Shown here: positions 48,506 through 61,356 of the stretch, piece by piece
Position numbering within the stretch: position 1 is the first letter of the stretch
How the letters are laid out: every line of letters begins with the position of its first letter
Source: Lepidodermella squamata
Taxonomy: Eukaryota > Animalia > Gastrotricha
Direction: 5' to 3'
DNA length: 64,000 nt
NCBI GenBank assembly: GCA_047495785.1
Contig: JBLDXI010000017.1
Location: 558,001 to 622,000, forward strand
The notes under the pieces: model-generated
The model's input: only the letters and a program-made list of their open reading frames with translations
What the model was told of the DNA's origin: nothing
Database searches by the model: none
Translations under genes and position numbers: made by a program

Positions 48506-51104
48506 ATGGATACTTCAAAAGCTCAATTCCTAATTGCTATAATTTTGTTGTCAAATGTTATTTTGCAACCGATTTCAACGCAAATCATCGTGAACAAATC
48601 ATTTATTGAAAGGCCGGCTGTACTCTTAGCTGGCAGTCTCGCTTTTGAGGTTGAACCTCTTCCGGCCGAATATCAGCCATATCGTCAGTCGGTTGATACC
48701 GAAGCTGAGCACGAGGGCGATAAAGCAGTCCTGGTTCTCAGCTCGAAAGGTCTTTATTCACCGCCGAAGGAAGATGACGATGCGTCATTGAAAGTTTTAT
48801 TCCGCTATCTCAGCGAGCAGTACTACGACAAACGAATTCGACCGAGATACAGAGGTATCACAGCGTTTTAACAAATTTCAAATAAAATTTCTGAATTTTG
48901 AAATGCTGATCTCATTTCGAAATTGCTAAATTTAATTATTATTATTTTTTTGAGTATAGCCGAAACGCAGGGTACTTTGGGGCAGGAACTTCTGGACAGG
49001 CAGGAATTTTTTTGAATAGAATTCTTTGTCTCTCACCTTTGACAGCGTGATTTGAGCCAAAATTAATTTTTCAGAAAAATTATACAAGCCGCACGACTTG
49101 GTTAGCAAAGGCTTGTTAATATTAGGAAAATAGGGGAAATCATGAAATATTCATGTTCTGCGTACCCTGTACCCTCTGGCCTTACCTGGGGCCTAACCTG
49201 GGGCCTTGGGGGGCTCTCTAATAGATAAATGAATCCATTTTTATCGATTTTAAATATTTTAGAAAAATACTCAGTTGAGAGCTTGAATTGCTCATTAGGC
49301 ATGCATTAGAATTGGTTTAATGACGACATTGCTCCAAGAATGAATAATTCAAAGGCCGAATGACCTAGTTCGACTGACTGTTGACCTAAATAGCATGCTG
49401 AATGGCTAGTGACCTAAATATATTGCCCAGTCCCATTTGACCCAGTCACAGGGATAAAAAGAGTTTATTTTTATCTTGCAATTTAAACTCAAATTTATTT
49501 TCAAATTTTCGAGGGTAAAGTTCGAACATCGAAACCCAAAACACAAATACAAAAAGTAACGAAATTCCCAATGAAGTTGTAGGCAAAAATTCAAAAATTC
49601 AAATATGATATGTAGAGACGAGGAATGAAAGTTTGATCTTTTTAATTTCCAGTAAATTTTTTTCAAATTCAGGCAAGCCCGTCATTGTCGCATGTTCAAT
49701 CTACATCGGTAGCATAAGTTCAGTTTCGGAGCGTGATTTCGACTACACAATCGATTTCTACCTTCGCCAATTCTGGGACGACAACAGGCTAGCCTGGAAT
49801 TCTACACAAAATGACGACGTTACTATAGCGGCCGGCTACAACGAAGGTAGTGACCTGATGACCTAAAAAAACTCATGAGTTTGTATGAAAAAAATCAGTA
49901 ATTTGGCAGCCTGATACGTATTTCGAGAACGCCAAAGTCGCGAGTTTTCACGCGGTAACTCAAACCAACGCCTTCCTTCGAATTTCGCCCCATGGCCATA
50001 TTCGGCTAAGTATCCGGTTAACTGTCACAGCTTCATGTGCAATGGTAGAGAATTAAAAACTGTCAAAATTTTGATTAAATAAAGTTCGTAAAATATTAGG
50101 ATTTCAAGCACTTCCCAATGGACCATCAGAAGTGCTCACTGATAATTCGATCCTTTTCCCAGACCTCGAATAACATCGTCTACGTTTGGTATCGATCTAA
50201 GGACAACAGCGGCAAAAGATCGCCGTTCGTCATCGCTAAAAATGCGATTGCTTACGAGGCCAATGTCAGCTCGTTGGCTAATCTTGTCGTCACAGGATTC
50301 AGGTTATCCGAAAAATTTTACACGAGTCACGATGGTAGGAATTTTTTTAAATTAAATTATTTTCACCTGATTGATTTTCCGAATATAGGGACTAACCACT
50401 CGCTGTTGATCATGGATATTTATTTCTCGAGAAATCTTGGATTTTACGTGATTCAAGCTTACCTACCTTCATCCCTAATGGTTGTCTGTTCTTGGATCAC
50501 TTTTTGGCTACCTCGAGGTTCAATACCCGCTCGTGTCACCCTGGGTGCCAATACAGTCCTAGCCCTGATCACCCTTAATCAAGAACACATCTCACTGCCC
50601 AAAATTTCATACGTTAAAGGTTAAATTAAATTTCAAAATATTGAATATTTTGATTGGTTGATTTCAGCCATGGATGTGTATTTATTAACTTGCCTGTTGC
50701 TTTGCCTCGTTGAATTTCTCGTGCTGTCCCTGACGCTGAAATCAAGAGAGGCTAAACGATTGTCAGCAATGAGATTCCTAGAACGGTCTGCTTTCCTAGG
50801 GCTGCACAAATTCAACGCAGCATCACCTCAGGATGAGCAGATGGACGAATTTTCTTCAACTTGGTTTCCAGGTCTCAAGGTCAGAATTTTTCTGTAATTT
50901 CTGTAATTATCGGAATATTCATATAATTTATAGGATGAGACGTTTATTTTGAGTGCCGATACCGTGAAATCGAGGGTTAACATGGCTTCTCGAGGCATTT
51001 TTCCGCTGATTTTTCTTGTTTTTAACATCTGCTATTGGCATCACTATATCATTGTCCATCACGACGACGATGAAGACGATCCTGGCTACATCAAATGCTT
51101 ATAA
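48506..51104 (+). CDS. Cys-loop ligand-gated chloride channel subunit 1 (GABA-A/RDL/GlyR superfamily)
   Basis: Signal peptide, YDKRIRP, DFYLRQFW, WQPDTYF, Cys-loop CAMDFKHFPMDHQKC, M2 PARVTLG, LPKISYVK, M4 FPLIFLVFNICYW. Confidence 0.9.
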
Positions 51105-52338
51105 TAAAGTGTTTCTTAGTCTCTTCGATTGGAACTATGATGTTTGACTATGGTTGCTGTGATTTGATGAGATTAAAAATATCAAAAGAAATATAAATAA
51201 GCAATAAAATCAAAATTAGGCTATTATTTATCAAAAAAATGACGTTGAGTTTTCGCTTCGAACGACGCCGCAAATGAAGATTTTAGATATTATATTACAG
51301 GGTGGCCAAAAAATTCATATATTCTTCAGTTGCTTGGGCTTTCGATTTTTTCATCAGTGAATTTCTCTGTTTTCAGTTTTAAACAATGGGGTGAAAATAA
51401 GCAGATGGGCAGGTTGCTGACGCTAAGTTGCTGATGAAAAGCTAAATTCGCATAGGTGGCAAGGGAGATCAGGTGCGGCTGATGTAAATTGACACCTGGC
51501 TCTGATGAAAAAACATTTTATGCTGATTAGCACATGTGCAACATTTTGACGCTATGATGAAAAGCAATATTTATCGGTTCATGAAAAAGTATCCCCCGTT
51601 GCGCGCAGATTATTCAAGTGTTCTCCAGAGGTTTTAGGCGCATAATTTCCTGATTACCTAATATACTAATATTATTGCTGAGCCAAGGGATAATAATATT
51701 ATCCATGACCTAATTTTGTCCGATAATGAATTATTAAAACCATATTAGGAAAATATAGCCGTATTTCTGAAATTTTTCAGTTTTTGTCCTATCCTATATC
51801 ACTTTTCCGCCACCTTAAAACACGCCTTGACAGGATTACAGCGCGTTTCAAATCCAATTTTCACGCCTTATTAGCCGCGAATACTACATCCGGCTATATT
51901 CCTATAAATAAGTAAAAAATACAATATAACATCCTCCCTTTGCAAGAATATAATGAAGCAGTATAAAATATACTCCTTTCCTTGTTCTTACAAACAATTT
52001 TCCGTACGTTTGCCGGGCTTGTTTAAAACACCGAAAAATGTTTACTTGTCATTCCTTACAATTAGATTTAGCCAAATTGCAAGTGGAAAATTATATTTTC
52101 TCATCTCGAGCCATTTTTGATCTAAAAATCGGAAAAACAACTTAATAAATAATTCTGTCACCCACCTTAATAATGTGTCATCGATATGTTATTTACATCA
52201 AGTGTAGATGATAATAATCATTAATCAACGCTTCTTGATCGATCAATTTATTAGCCGCTATCAATTTTCAACAGCGTAAACAAACTGCGTAAACAGCATG
52301 ATATCCGGAAATCGCGCGAAAAAATATAGCAAATAAAA

Positions 52339-55221
52339 ATGGCGATTTTTTTCGCAATTTTTTCGAATTTTTTCGCAATGGCAATGGCTCAACATTTCGA
52401 AACGACTGGCTCACCTATGATGGTCGACACCCGTCTCGCGTCACCCATGGTGTCCAGCGGTTTACTCAACGACATAACCGACTCGGATTTGTTTGAATAC
52501 AGCTTTTACACGAGTCGAAATGCACCGAAAGATGGCGATTTGAACATACGATTCGTCCAACCGACGAGCGAGCCGGTTATTACGAAAAATCGAGATAAAA
52601 GTGTCGAAAATATTCGACTGTCCACGCCTGGTGTTGAGGCTAAAACCGTTCAATACACCCATTCACGAGAGGATCCTATTGAGAGTGATAATCGGGCGAA
52701 AACATTGCCTGTCATTGATATCAGTCGAATGTTGGATCGGGAACTTATGGTCTCGGAAGAGGGCGAGGTGAAATTTCCGAATATTACCCAGTTTTTTCTA
52801 CGTCTCGCTAAAAGTGGCTACGATCCGAGGGTTAGGCCTCAGTTTGGCGTGGACCCTGTCGTGGTTACCTGTTCCCTATTCATCACGAGTATCAACAGCA
52901 TTTCCGAGTCGGATATGGATTTCACGGTAGATTTCTACTTCCGGCAAACTTGGACTGATTATCGGCTGAGCTGGGAAATCGGCCATCAGGAAGACTTGTT
53001 AGAGGAAGCAATCACCCTATCTGGAAAATATTTCAATGGTAATTATAAACAAATTTCTTTAACTATTGATGAAATATTATTTTTATGTAGCGCTATGGCG
53101 GCCAGATACATTTTTTGTCAACGAAAAATCGGCATTTTTCCACATTGTCACTGGGTTCAATTCTTTTGTTCGTATAATGCCGGATGGTCACGTGACTCAA
53201 AGCATGCGAATTACTGTCAAAGCAGGGTGTTCCATGCATTTCAAATTTTATCCCGTAATTTTCATTGATTTCTTTTTTTCAAAAAAAAATAATTTTTAAT
53301 TTTGCTTTTCAGCTCGATCGCCAGCAATGTCCGCTTTACAGTGAGTGATTTTTCATTATTTTTAGTAATTTTTCCATCGTTCGGGCTTCCAGCACTTCCA
53401 GCAGATTTTCGATTTTCACCTTGAATCCGAATTTTTTATACGGAATGACTGCTCGTACATATATATGTACGCGATTTTTGCTGCTCGTACATATGATATG
53501 TACGAGATTTTGGCTGCTCGTACATATATATGTACGAGATTTTTGCTAGTCGTACATATATTCGAATGAAAACTTGGAATTTCAGCCAATTACTCAATTT
53601 CAATCCGGGCGAGTTAATTTTTTGAGGGCAAATGCCTCTAACAGGGTTCCACACACCTGCAAATTTTTACATGCCCATCGGTTATGGTTCCTGACATTAC
53701 CGACTTCGGGTAATTTCGGGTTTCAGGGTGGCTAATAATGGGTATTCACCCTATACATGCCAAACTTTGAGGGAAGGTTGGTCACGCCTCGATGCACATA
53801 TGGTTAAAATTTGGAAAATTTGCGATCTAAATTGATTAATCCAAATAATTTCAAAGTTCAGCAGAAATATTTTTGAAACATATGTACGACTAGCAAAAAT
53901 CTCGTACATATATATGTACGAGCAGCCAAAATCTCGTACATATCATATGTACGAGCAGCAAAAATCGCGTACATATATATGTACGAGCAGGGTCACTCTT
54001 TTTTATAATCAAACCTAACCTTCATTAATCTCGATAGAAAAAGGGCTAAAATCGTGAAAATCAAAATCGGAAAATCAAATCTAGGACTCATAAATTTAGG
54101 TACAAAACCTCAACTTCAGTGGTCCAAAAAATTAGACCTCGTGGAATTTTTTCCAAATTTTTTGTATTTCCAAAAATCAGCTTAATCTATTTCGTCTTCA
54201 ATTTTTTCAATTCTATCTTCAATTTTAAAATAATTTCAAAATTTGATTTTCTCTAATTTAGTTGAATCATTTTCAATGCCCTTCGATCACCTTCGTTACA
54301 AATGGGTCGGTTCGAAAGGCGATGGCAGTGGTACAACAGCAAGTAAGGACGCTGTCGCGTTCAGCGAAGAAGCAGCCGGCTTTTTACATTTCAAACTCAA
54401 CGGTTATCGAACAATTGGATCGTGGGCTGTTCGCGAAGACGGCTACAACCATTCGCGGTTGCAATTTGAAATCTACCTTGAGCGCAATATCGGCTATTAC
54501 CTCATTCAAATCTACATGCCAGCAGCTATGATTGTCATTATTTCTTGGATTTCGTTCTGGATTCCGCGAAATTCGGCCCCGGCTAGGGTCAGTTTAGGTG
54601 TGACTACTATCCTTACAATGGTCACTTTTACCAGGTGATAGCAATTAATCTTTTTGTATTTCATAAATCTATTATTTTTCGTAGTATGGGAGCAAAAGCT
54701 GGCCTGCCTAATATTTCTTACCTCAAAGCTATGGATATATATTTGGCCGCGTCTTTCTTCATGGTTTTCTTCGCTTTGATCGAGTACGCTGTCGTCAGTT
54801 ATGCAGGTAAAAATTTAATGAAAAGCCCTCCTTAACATTTTTTTAATACATTATTCTTTTTTCAGAAAAACAAGCGTCAAGAGCGCCAGCTCTAGGCCGA
54901 CTTTTGGCGTCTTCCCTCAACAGCATCAGTCTCAACAGCATTGGACATTCAAAATTCAAATCTCGGACAAGGTTAGATAGCGACGCAAGTTCGATACACT
55001 CTTATGGCCGGCGGCAGACGGTTATGGTGCTGACAAATGACGATTCAATGACATGCGAGTGTTCGGTTGAACCGTCTCTGCCAAGCCGAATCGAATGGAC
55101 ATCTCGATTCGCCTTTCCTGGATTTTTTATTCTGTTCAACCTATTTTATTGGCTGTATTTTGTCAACAAAGTCGCTAGTGAAGATCGACGCAGTACTGAC
55201 GCTGGCTTTATAGCTATGTAA
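52339..55221 (+). CDS. Cys-loop ligand-gated chloride channel subunit 2 (RDL-like)
   Basis: [23 protein letters not shown], Cys-loop CSMHFKFYP|LDRQQC, M2 [27 protein letters not shown]4 [13 protein letters not shown]. Confidence 0.9.
53449..53990. mobile_element. Foldback-like element: 111-bp inverted arms built from tandem palindromic units of about 31 bp
   Basis: 53449-53559 is the reverse complement of 53880-53990; unit ctgctcgtacatatatatgtacgagatttt. Confidence 0.85.
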
Positions 55222-55450
55222 AATTTATTAAAAAAAAATAAAAATGTCTAAAAATAAATTATTTGCAAACATGATTTTTCGTTATAACTTGACCTGGTTT
55301 TGTGACCTGGCTAGCCGGCAGGCCGGGCCATCAATTTAAAGTAGGCCACGCACTGATCGACATTTCGACTGCTGGTCTAGGTAATAAAATTCAGCCGTGT
55401 TGAAGGCCCTGTAAAGCATTCTGCGACCTATAAAGCTTATTTCCAGGTTG

Positions 55451-56201
55451 ATGGATACCTCTGAAATTAAAGCCTCAGCCGAACAGGCCAATTTACCGGT
55501 GATCGGTCCTTTGGATTTAACACCGTTCCGGGTTCACAAGACGCCGATATTTCCTCGGCAATTTATTGACGGCCTCACCTTCCCGCCTAATTATTGGCAA
55601 AATTTTTACCCGTGAGTTATTTATGAGCGGGATTATTTTTGTCATTGTTCTAATTTTCAGTCATTTTTCGTCGAATTTGAGCCAGTACCCTGCTATCGAT
55701 CCAAATAATCCGCAATACTTTGAGACAGCAAATTTCCCCGTATTCCCGTGTGACCAATGCAAATCTGAGTTTTCGTCCAGGCGGTCGCTGACCAATCACC
55801 TAGTCAAATCAAAAACCTGCCCAGCTGCCTTGGTGTACCAAAATCGATTCGCGAGATCGGACCCGGTTCTACCACCTGAACGGTACCAATGCACCCATTG
55901 CCCGGCCTCGTTTCTAGTCCGAGGCAACTTGAAACGTCATGAGTCCTGTTTCCACGCTGCCCCGGCTGATGCACCTACAGTCCCGCCAAGACGAGGCTCG
56001 CCGAGTAACCAGTGCAATTTCTGCCCTCGGGCTTACGCTACGGCCCACTACCTTCGACGACACGAGGCGCTGTACCACGGTAACAACACGATAAAATCGT
56101 ACGAAAAGCCTAAAATTGGATGCGAGTTCTGCCCGGAGAAATTTCTGAACGATTTCGCGTTGGCTAATCACGTCAGGTGGACCCATTTCCAAAAGAAATA
56201 A
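55451..56201 (+). CDS. Zinc-finger protein ZF4 (PLDLT motif, one H-x6-C finger, three C2H2 fingers)
   Basis: Exons 55451-55611 and 55661-56201 join in frame. Confidence 0.85.
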
Positions 56202-56340
56202 TCGATTAAACATGTTTCAATCTTCTTATTATTCGGGACTGTAACTTTTTGAGCAAAATAAAACTGTCAATATTTTATTCGAATTTTCAAATAATTTCAA
56301 ATAAATTTTCAAATCATCAAATTTTTCAAATAATTTCTCA

Positions 56341-57832
56341 TCACGGCTTCGATCCGCCGCCAATATTGAAAGTAACATTGCAGTTTGAAAATGTGAATTG
56401 ATGGCGGAAAAAATCCGATTTTTCCGCGATATTAACAGTTGGTTGCTTCTCCGGCATTCTCTCAAGTTCCGGGTCAGGCTGCCGAAAAGTGTCCAAGACA
56501 ACTGGGTCAATCACTTCATCCTCTGTTTGAGTCGATTTTTCTTCACAGTTCTCCCGCCGTAACGTCAACCGAATTTCTTCATTAATCGGTCGTTTTTGGC
56601 CAATTTTCGCCGCGCCTGGGAGGCCATATTTCTCCCTCAAAATCTCGTAGAAGGCTTCGATTGGTGTTTGAACAATACATTCGTTCGAGTATCGCCTGCT
56701 AACTTGGCAAAGCGCCGAGAAAAAAATCGGTATAATTGACTCGAAAATGCGGCTGTGAACTGTTTCTTCACTCGAAAATTGAACGCCTCTTTCAGGCTTC
56801 ATGAACAATTTAGGCGAGCCATCAGGTAGCAAGGCCAGGTATCGGGCTACAGCGACAAATGGGCAGTGCTTTGGGTTAATGCCAGGCAGCTGAGTTATCC
56901 CAGTTTTCGGACTGGGATTCGTTAAATTGTGCTTCAAATCGTAATAACGATGGTCCGAAGATTGCTGGCCATTTCGTAAAATCACCAATGAGTCAGGTCG
57001 CAATTTTTTTAGAAAAGCAACAAGCGATTGCTGGCCGATGGATTTTCCGAAATGGAGCAAAATAAGGAAAATAATTTCGACCTGAAAAAAAAACAATTTA
57101 GTGACGAATTCTTTTTAATTTATAAAATACCTGAAGAATGAAGGCGTTGGACCTTGTAAATGCTGCCAATATTTTTTCTAAATCGTCGGTGGAAAGCGAC
57201 CTAATCGGCACAATAACCAGCTGCTGGCCGCAATTTTCCGCATAATTTAACGCTCGACATCTCGCAAGTAGAACTCGGTTAGCCCCGGTGCCAGAAGCAA
57301 TTTGAGCCAGGTCCAATTGCTTCCCCAATCTCCCAGCTATCGAATCGAAATATCGCTGAAGGGCTGTTTTCAAGCTGAGGACAGAAACAGGGCCAAAGAG
57401 GTCGTTTGGCAGCTTTGCTTCGACGTAAAATTCGGTCAAACGGGCGGTAAGCCACCCGAAATCTTTGCATTTTGTTTGCAGATCGTTCTCGAAATCTGGC
57501 GCGTCGCCTTTTTCGATTAAAAAATCGCGAAATTGCTGCAAAATTGTAGCATCGATCGCTGATGTTGTCGGCGACCTCGGTAGGGTTAGATACGAGACAT
57601 TTTTCTTGCAATTATTGTTCAAAGTTGAATTTATCAGATTATATTTGTAAATTTCGATTTCGATGTAAGATTGAAGCTCATCGATGACCTTTTCCTCTGT
57701 GTCCAAATCGCTGGTCCTAAAATTTAAAGCAAGAATTTGAAGACATGATTAAATGTCGTTGACTAACCGGGAAATCAGTAGATGTGTAGCAGTCCTTGTG
57801 TTATTATCACTGGGTAAAGCTCTTGAAAACAT
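56341..57832 (-). CDS. Crypton-derived tyrosine-recombinase-fold protein (DUF3504-like; KIAA1958/KCTD1/ZMYM C-terminal type)
   Basis: Exons 57832-57768, 57716-57131, 57081-56341. LTEFYVEAK, SLKTALQRYF, ANRVLLARC, DLEKI...LQVEIIFLILLHFG, CPFVAVARYLALLP...LFMKP, tail FTFSNCNVTFNI. Confidence 0.78.
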
Positions 57833-58296
57833 TTTCTTGAGTGGAAAATATTTAGACAAAAAATGCCGAGAAATGGGGAAATCGATTGATTCAGAACGCG
57901 TGTTTTGGCTTGTTATCAATATTTTTAGAAATTATTCCATTTTTTATCGTCGCTTTTTCAGTCCAGCTATACCTTCCAAAAAAGGGTCAAACCAGCCTCG
58001 ATATAAAAATCGAGTGCGTAATAAAAATGAGTGATTTTAGCTCGTGTGTAGCGTTCGCGTAGTAATAAAATAATGTTAGGTCACATCGACATGTTGTGGC
58101 ACGCAAAAACACGTTGGGCAACTAATAATCACACGTAGAATCGCCACCACACTTTTTGCCATGTTGATTTCCTCAGCTGGCAATAAAAGACTGTCTAGGT
58201 CATCTCGCACCTAAAATACTTCTTATCATTAGTTCTCCATATAAAAATAATGCAACGATTTTATTTTTAAGGAGGAATTTTTATTTTTTAGATTTT

Positions 58297-59025
58297 ATGG
58301 ATTTATCAAAAAGCAATTTTACGCCGTTTAATGACGCGCCTTTGGATTTGTCGCTGAATGTTCGAGGTCAAAAATGGCTCAATGAATCATCGTCAGTAAC
58401 ATCGACCTCGAACTTGACGGCCGAAAAATTTCAGAAAATCTTGGAAAAGCGTTACCCCTGCTCATATTGTCCGAGCTCATTTTCAATGGCGACAAATCTG
58501 CGTAAACACGAGCGAAATCTGCACGGCGAGCTGCTCTCAATTCAATACTACAATGAATCACTATTTTGTAACGGATGTCGGACGCAGTTTTTATCCCGGC
58601 GGTCGCTGAATTACCATCTAAGCCAATCGACAACGTGCCAAACAGCGTTGAAGAGTCAAGGAAAATCAGCCGAAAGTCTCATGTCAGCTGCTCAAAATTG
58701 CGTTGGGGTTATCTCATGTCGCTGGTGTCCTGCCACGTTCAAATTAGCGGCTAAATTGCGAAAACACGAACGGTTGAGTCACGGCGAAAAATTGACCGAT
58801 CTGCCGTTTCAATGCAACGGATGTTTGAAGCGTTACAGCAATAAGAAAAGCATCACGCAGCACCTGAGGTGGTCTATTCGCTGCCATCAATCGTCGACGT
58901 CCGGGCAAATGAAAGGCGAGGAATTTCTCCTGAATTGTCGAACCCAGTTGCAGTTACAAGCTCAAAATCAGCCTGAAACTCCGTCGCAGCCTGCTAATTT
59001 GCCGCTCACTAAAATTACCTGGTGA
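58297..59025 (+). CDS. Zinc-finger protein ZF5 (PLDLS motif; alternating C2H2 and H-x6-C fingers)
   Basis: Single ORF: CSYC..HERNLH, CNGC..HLSQSTTC, CRWC..HERLSH, CNGC..HLRWSIRC. Confidence 0.87.
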   Translation: MDLSKSNFTPFNDAPLDLSLNVRGQKWLNESSSVTSTSNLTAEKFQKILEKRYPCSYCPSSFSMATNLRKHERNLHGELLSIQYYNESLFCNGCRTQFLSRRSLNYHLSQSTTCQTALKSQGKSAESLMSAAQNCVGVISCRWCPATFKLAAKLRKHERLSHGEKLTDLPFQCNGCLKRYSNKKSITQHLRWSIRCHQSSTSGQMKGEEFLLNCRTQLQLQAQNQPETPSQPANLPLTKITW

Positions 59026-60500
59026 TTTCTGGGTTTTTCGATATGGACTGATTTTATGAATAATTCTGCTTGATATTATAGCCATTTACTCATATTGTTG
59101 CTGTACTAAATTCTATTCATTTATCTACTTAATTAATTCGTCGACATTAACAGAAATCGATTCACTACTTTTTTCCTATCTCGTTTTTTGTGCCTTAACA
59201 TTGCTCAACAAAATAAAATGTGCAAGGTAACTGCCATATATTTTCTGTTATGAATATTTTAAGAATTAATTCCTGGCTTTGAATATGATCGATTTCGAAC
59301 TTAGAAGGGACTTGATGGAAGGGATGGTATGTGCGATTAATTTACAGAATTTCCAGATTTTGACAATTTAAGCAAATATCGATTCCTATATCGATTTTAA
59401 AAATCAGTGTATTTCGATTATAATCGAATGTTAGTTAACATAATTTGAAATTTTCTGAGGATAGCATTTAGCTGAAGTAAAAAGTTCCACGACCAGTATC
59501 GATCTAGACCAGAAATAGCCGAAATCGCAAAGAATGCCGCAATTATAATGACGTGGCATTTCATCCAAACTTTTGCCTTGTGGTTTTTCCGTAATTTTTC
59601 AAAAACAAAAAATTAATTGATTGGGAATTCTAGAAATATAGTTGTTTTTCGACCTGCAATAGTGAAGCTAACGAGGGGCTCACGAACAAATAATTCGTTA
59701 ATTTGCGCTTCTCAGTTACGCAACATTAAATTCGAGCCTGCCCGCACGAGCGCGCGCTCGCAAAAAATGCGCTGTGTTCAGAGCCTATTAACCGTCTGCT
59801 TGGGCAGGGAAAAGTGGAAAATATTAGTGCATCTGTACTATTATGGCGCTATTTTTAGCCGCTAACTCGCCGGCATGGCTCAGCGATTGTAACGCTAATT
59901 GGCGAATAAGCTTTTAAAGACCCGGGCAAACCGGCCGAGAGAATCAGTCAGACACCAATTATCTGTTCAATTCGCTTATCATTTTTCAGTCACCCTGCTT
60001 CCCATTCCCACAGCAGAACAATAGTATAAACAATTCGCAAACTTGTTGTTGATCGGCTTTCAAGTAGGAAATCGGGAATTTATTCCTAATAATTTCTTTA
60101 TTTCCCAAATTTTATGCAATATTCTTTTTTAAATTATTCGATAAAATTAGAACGGATTTCTTTTCTTTTCTTGCCGGTTCTACGTTCAAGGCACGTTCCG
60201 TCCAAAAATGCGTAATATTAGGTTTGAAATCGCACGCCCGACGTTCAGCACGACCGCCTTTATTGTTACGATGGATTCAACGCGGTGCGGCCACGGTGCG
60301 CCTTCGATCAGTTCGCGTGTCACTTTTTTACCATCAATTGAACATTTATTTTTAAACTCAAGATCCACGTGACTTTTAGTATTTTATGCGCCATAAAAAT
60401 TCGTAGTAAAAAAAGGAGAAAATTCGTGTATTTATTAAGCGTAGCATGGGGCAGACTATCGGGGCTCATTTCAAAATATTTTTAATTTTTTCAACTTGTC

Positions 60501-60983
60501 CATACGGGCGCCGTCGTTCACAAAGTCAAAAAACTAAGAAATTTTCAACACAATGGTTGCCCCCTTGAAAATTGCGATTTTGCAATAAATAACACAACCC
60601 AGTAGGTAATCGATGACGCTCTGAACTCTGGTTACCGTTTTATCTCTCAATTATCTAACCGTAACCGGCAATTAGCAAAAAATGAAAATTTTCGAATCGA
60701 AGTGATTTTCAACTCATTTCTAGGGTTAAAAAAATCGCTGATTCCGAAAATCACATTTTCAACTCTAAATTCGGCGATTTAAATTTTTTTAAGTCATTTA
60801 GGTCCAGTTTTCGACCAGTTAGACTTGAAATAAAAATCTGGAAAATTCACCAAAATGTGCGGCTCAAAAATTTACTACATAGACCTGTTTTCAGCGTTCT
60901 AGAATGATTTTTAAGGAGGGTGACCATTGTCTCAAATGACACAAATTTTGTAAAAATAATTTGTTAACGACGGCGCCCGTATG
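60501..60983. mobile_element. Non-autonomous DNA transposon with CATACGGGCG termini and a 2-bp (TC) flanking duplication; possibly CMC/CACTA-like
   Basis: tc|catacgggcgccgtcgtt ... aacgacggcgcccgtatg|tc, plus subterminal inverted motif caatgg..ccc.ctt.aaaat. Confidence 0.75.
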
Positions 60984-61059
60984 TCCGTTCATTTGAAGTT
61001 CAATATTATATTTAATTCTCAATATTTTTAGTTTCCATTTGGATTATTTTGCGATTATA

Positions 61060-61347
61060 CAGGGTGACTTTTTTATAGTGGAAATAATCTTTGTTAGCAT
61101 TAATCGGGACTAGTACTGTCTAGTATTGCGAGTACTTGCACTGCACTAAAGTCGATTTCTCCAAACTCTTCAAACTCTATCTGATAATTATCGCGTAATA
61201 CCAGGCCATTCATAAAATTTTATTGCTAGCACGAGTTCGTTAAGTTTGGAGAAATCGACATGCAAGTACTCGCCATACAAAGATGATTCAGTACTAGACG
61301 CAATTATTGCTAACATGGATTATTGCCACTATAAAAAAGTCACCCTG
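61060..61347. mobile_element. Tc1/mariner-type MITE with TA target duplication
   Basis: TA|cagggtgacttttttatagtgg ... ccactataaaaaagtcaccctg|TA; imperfect arms of about 105 bp. Confidence 0.88.
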
Positions 61348-61356
61348 TATAATAAA

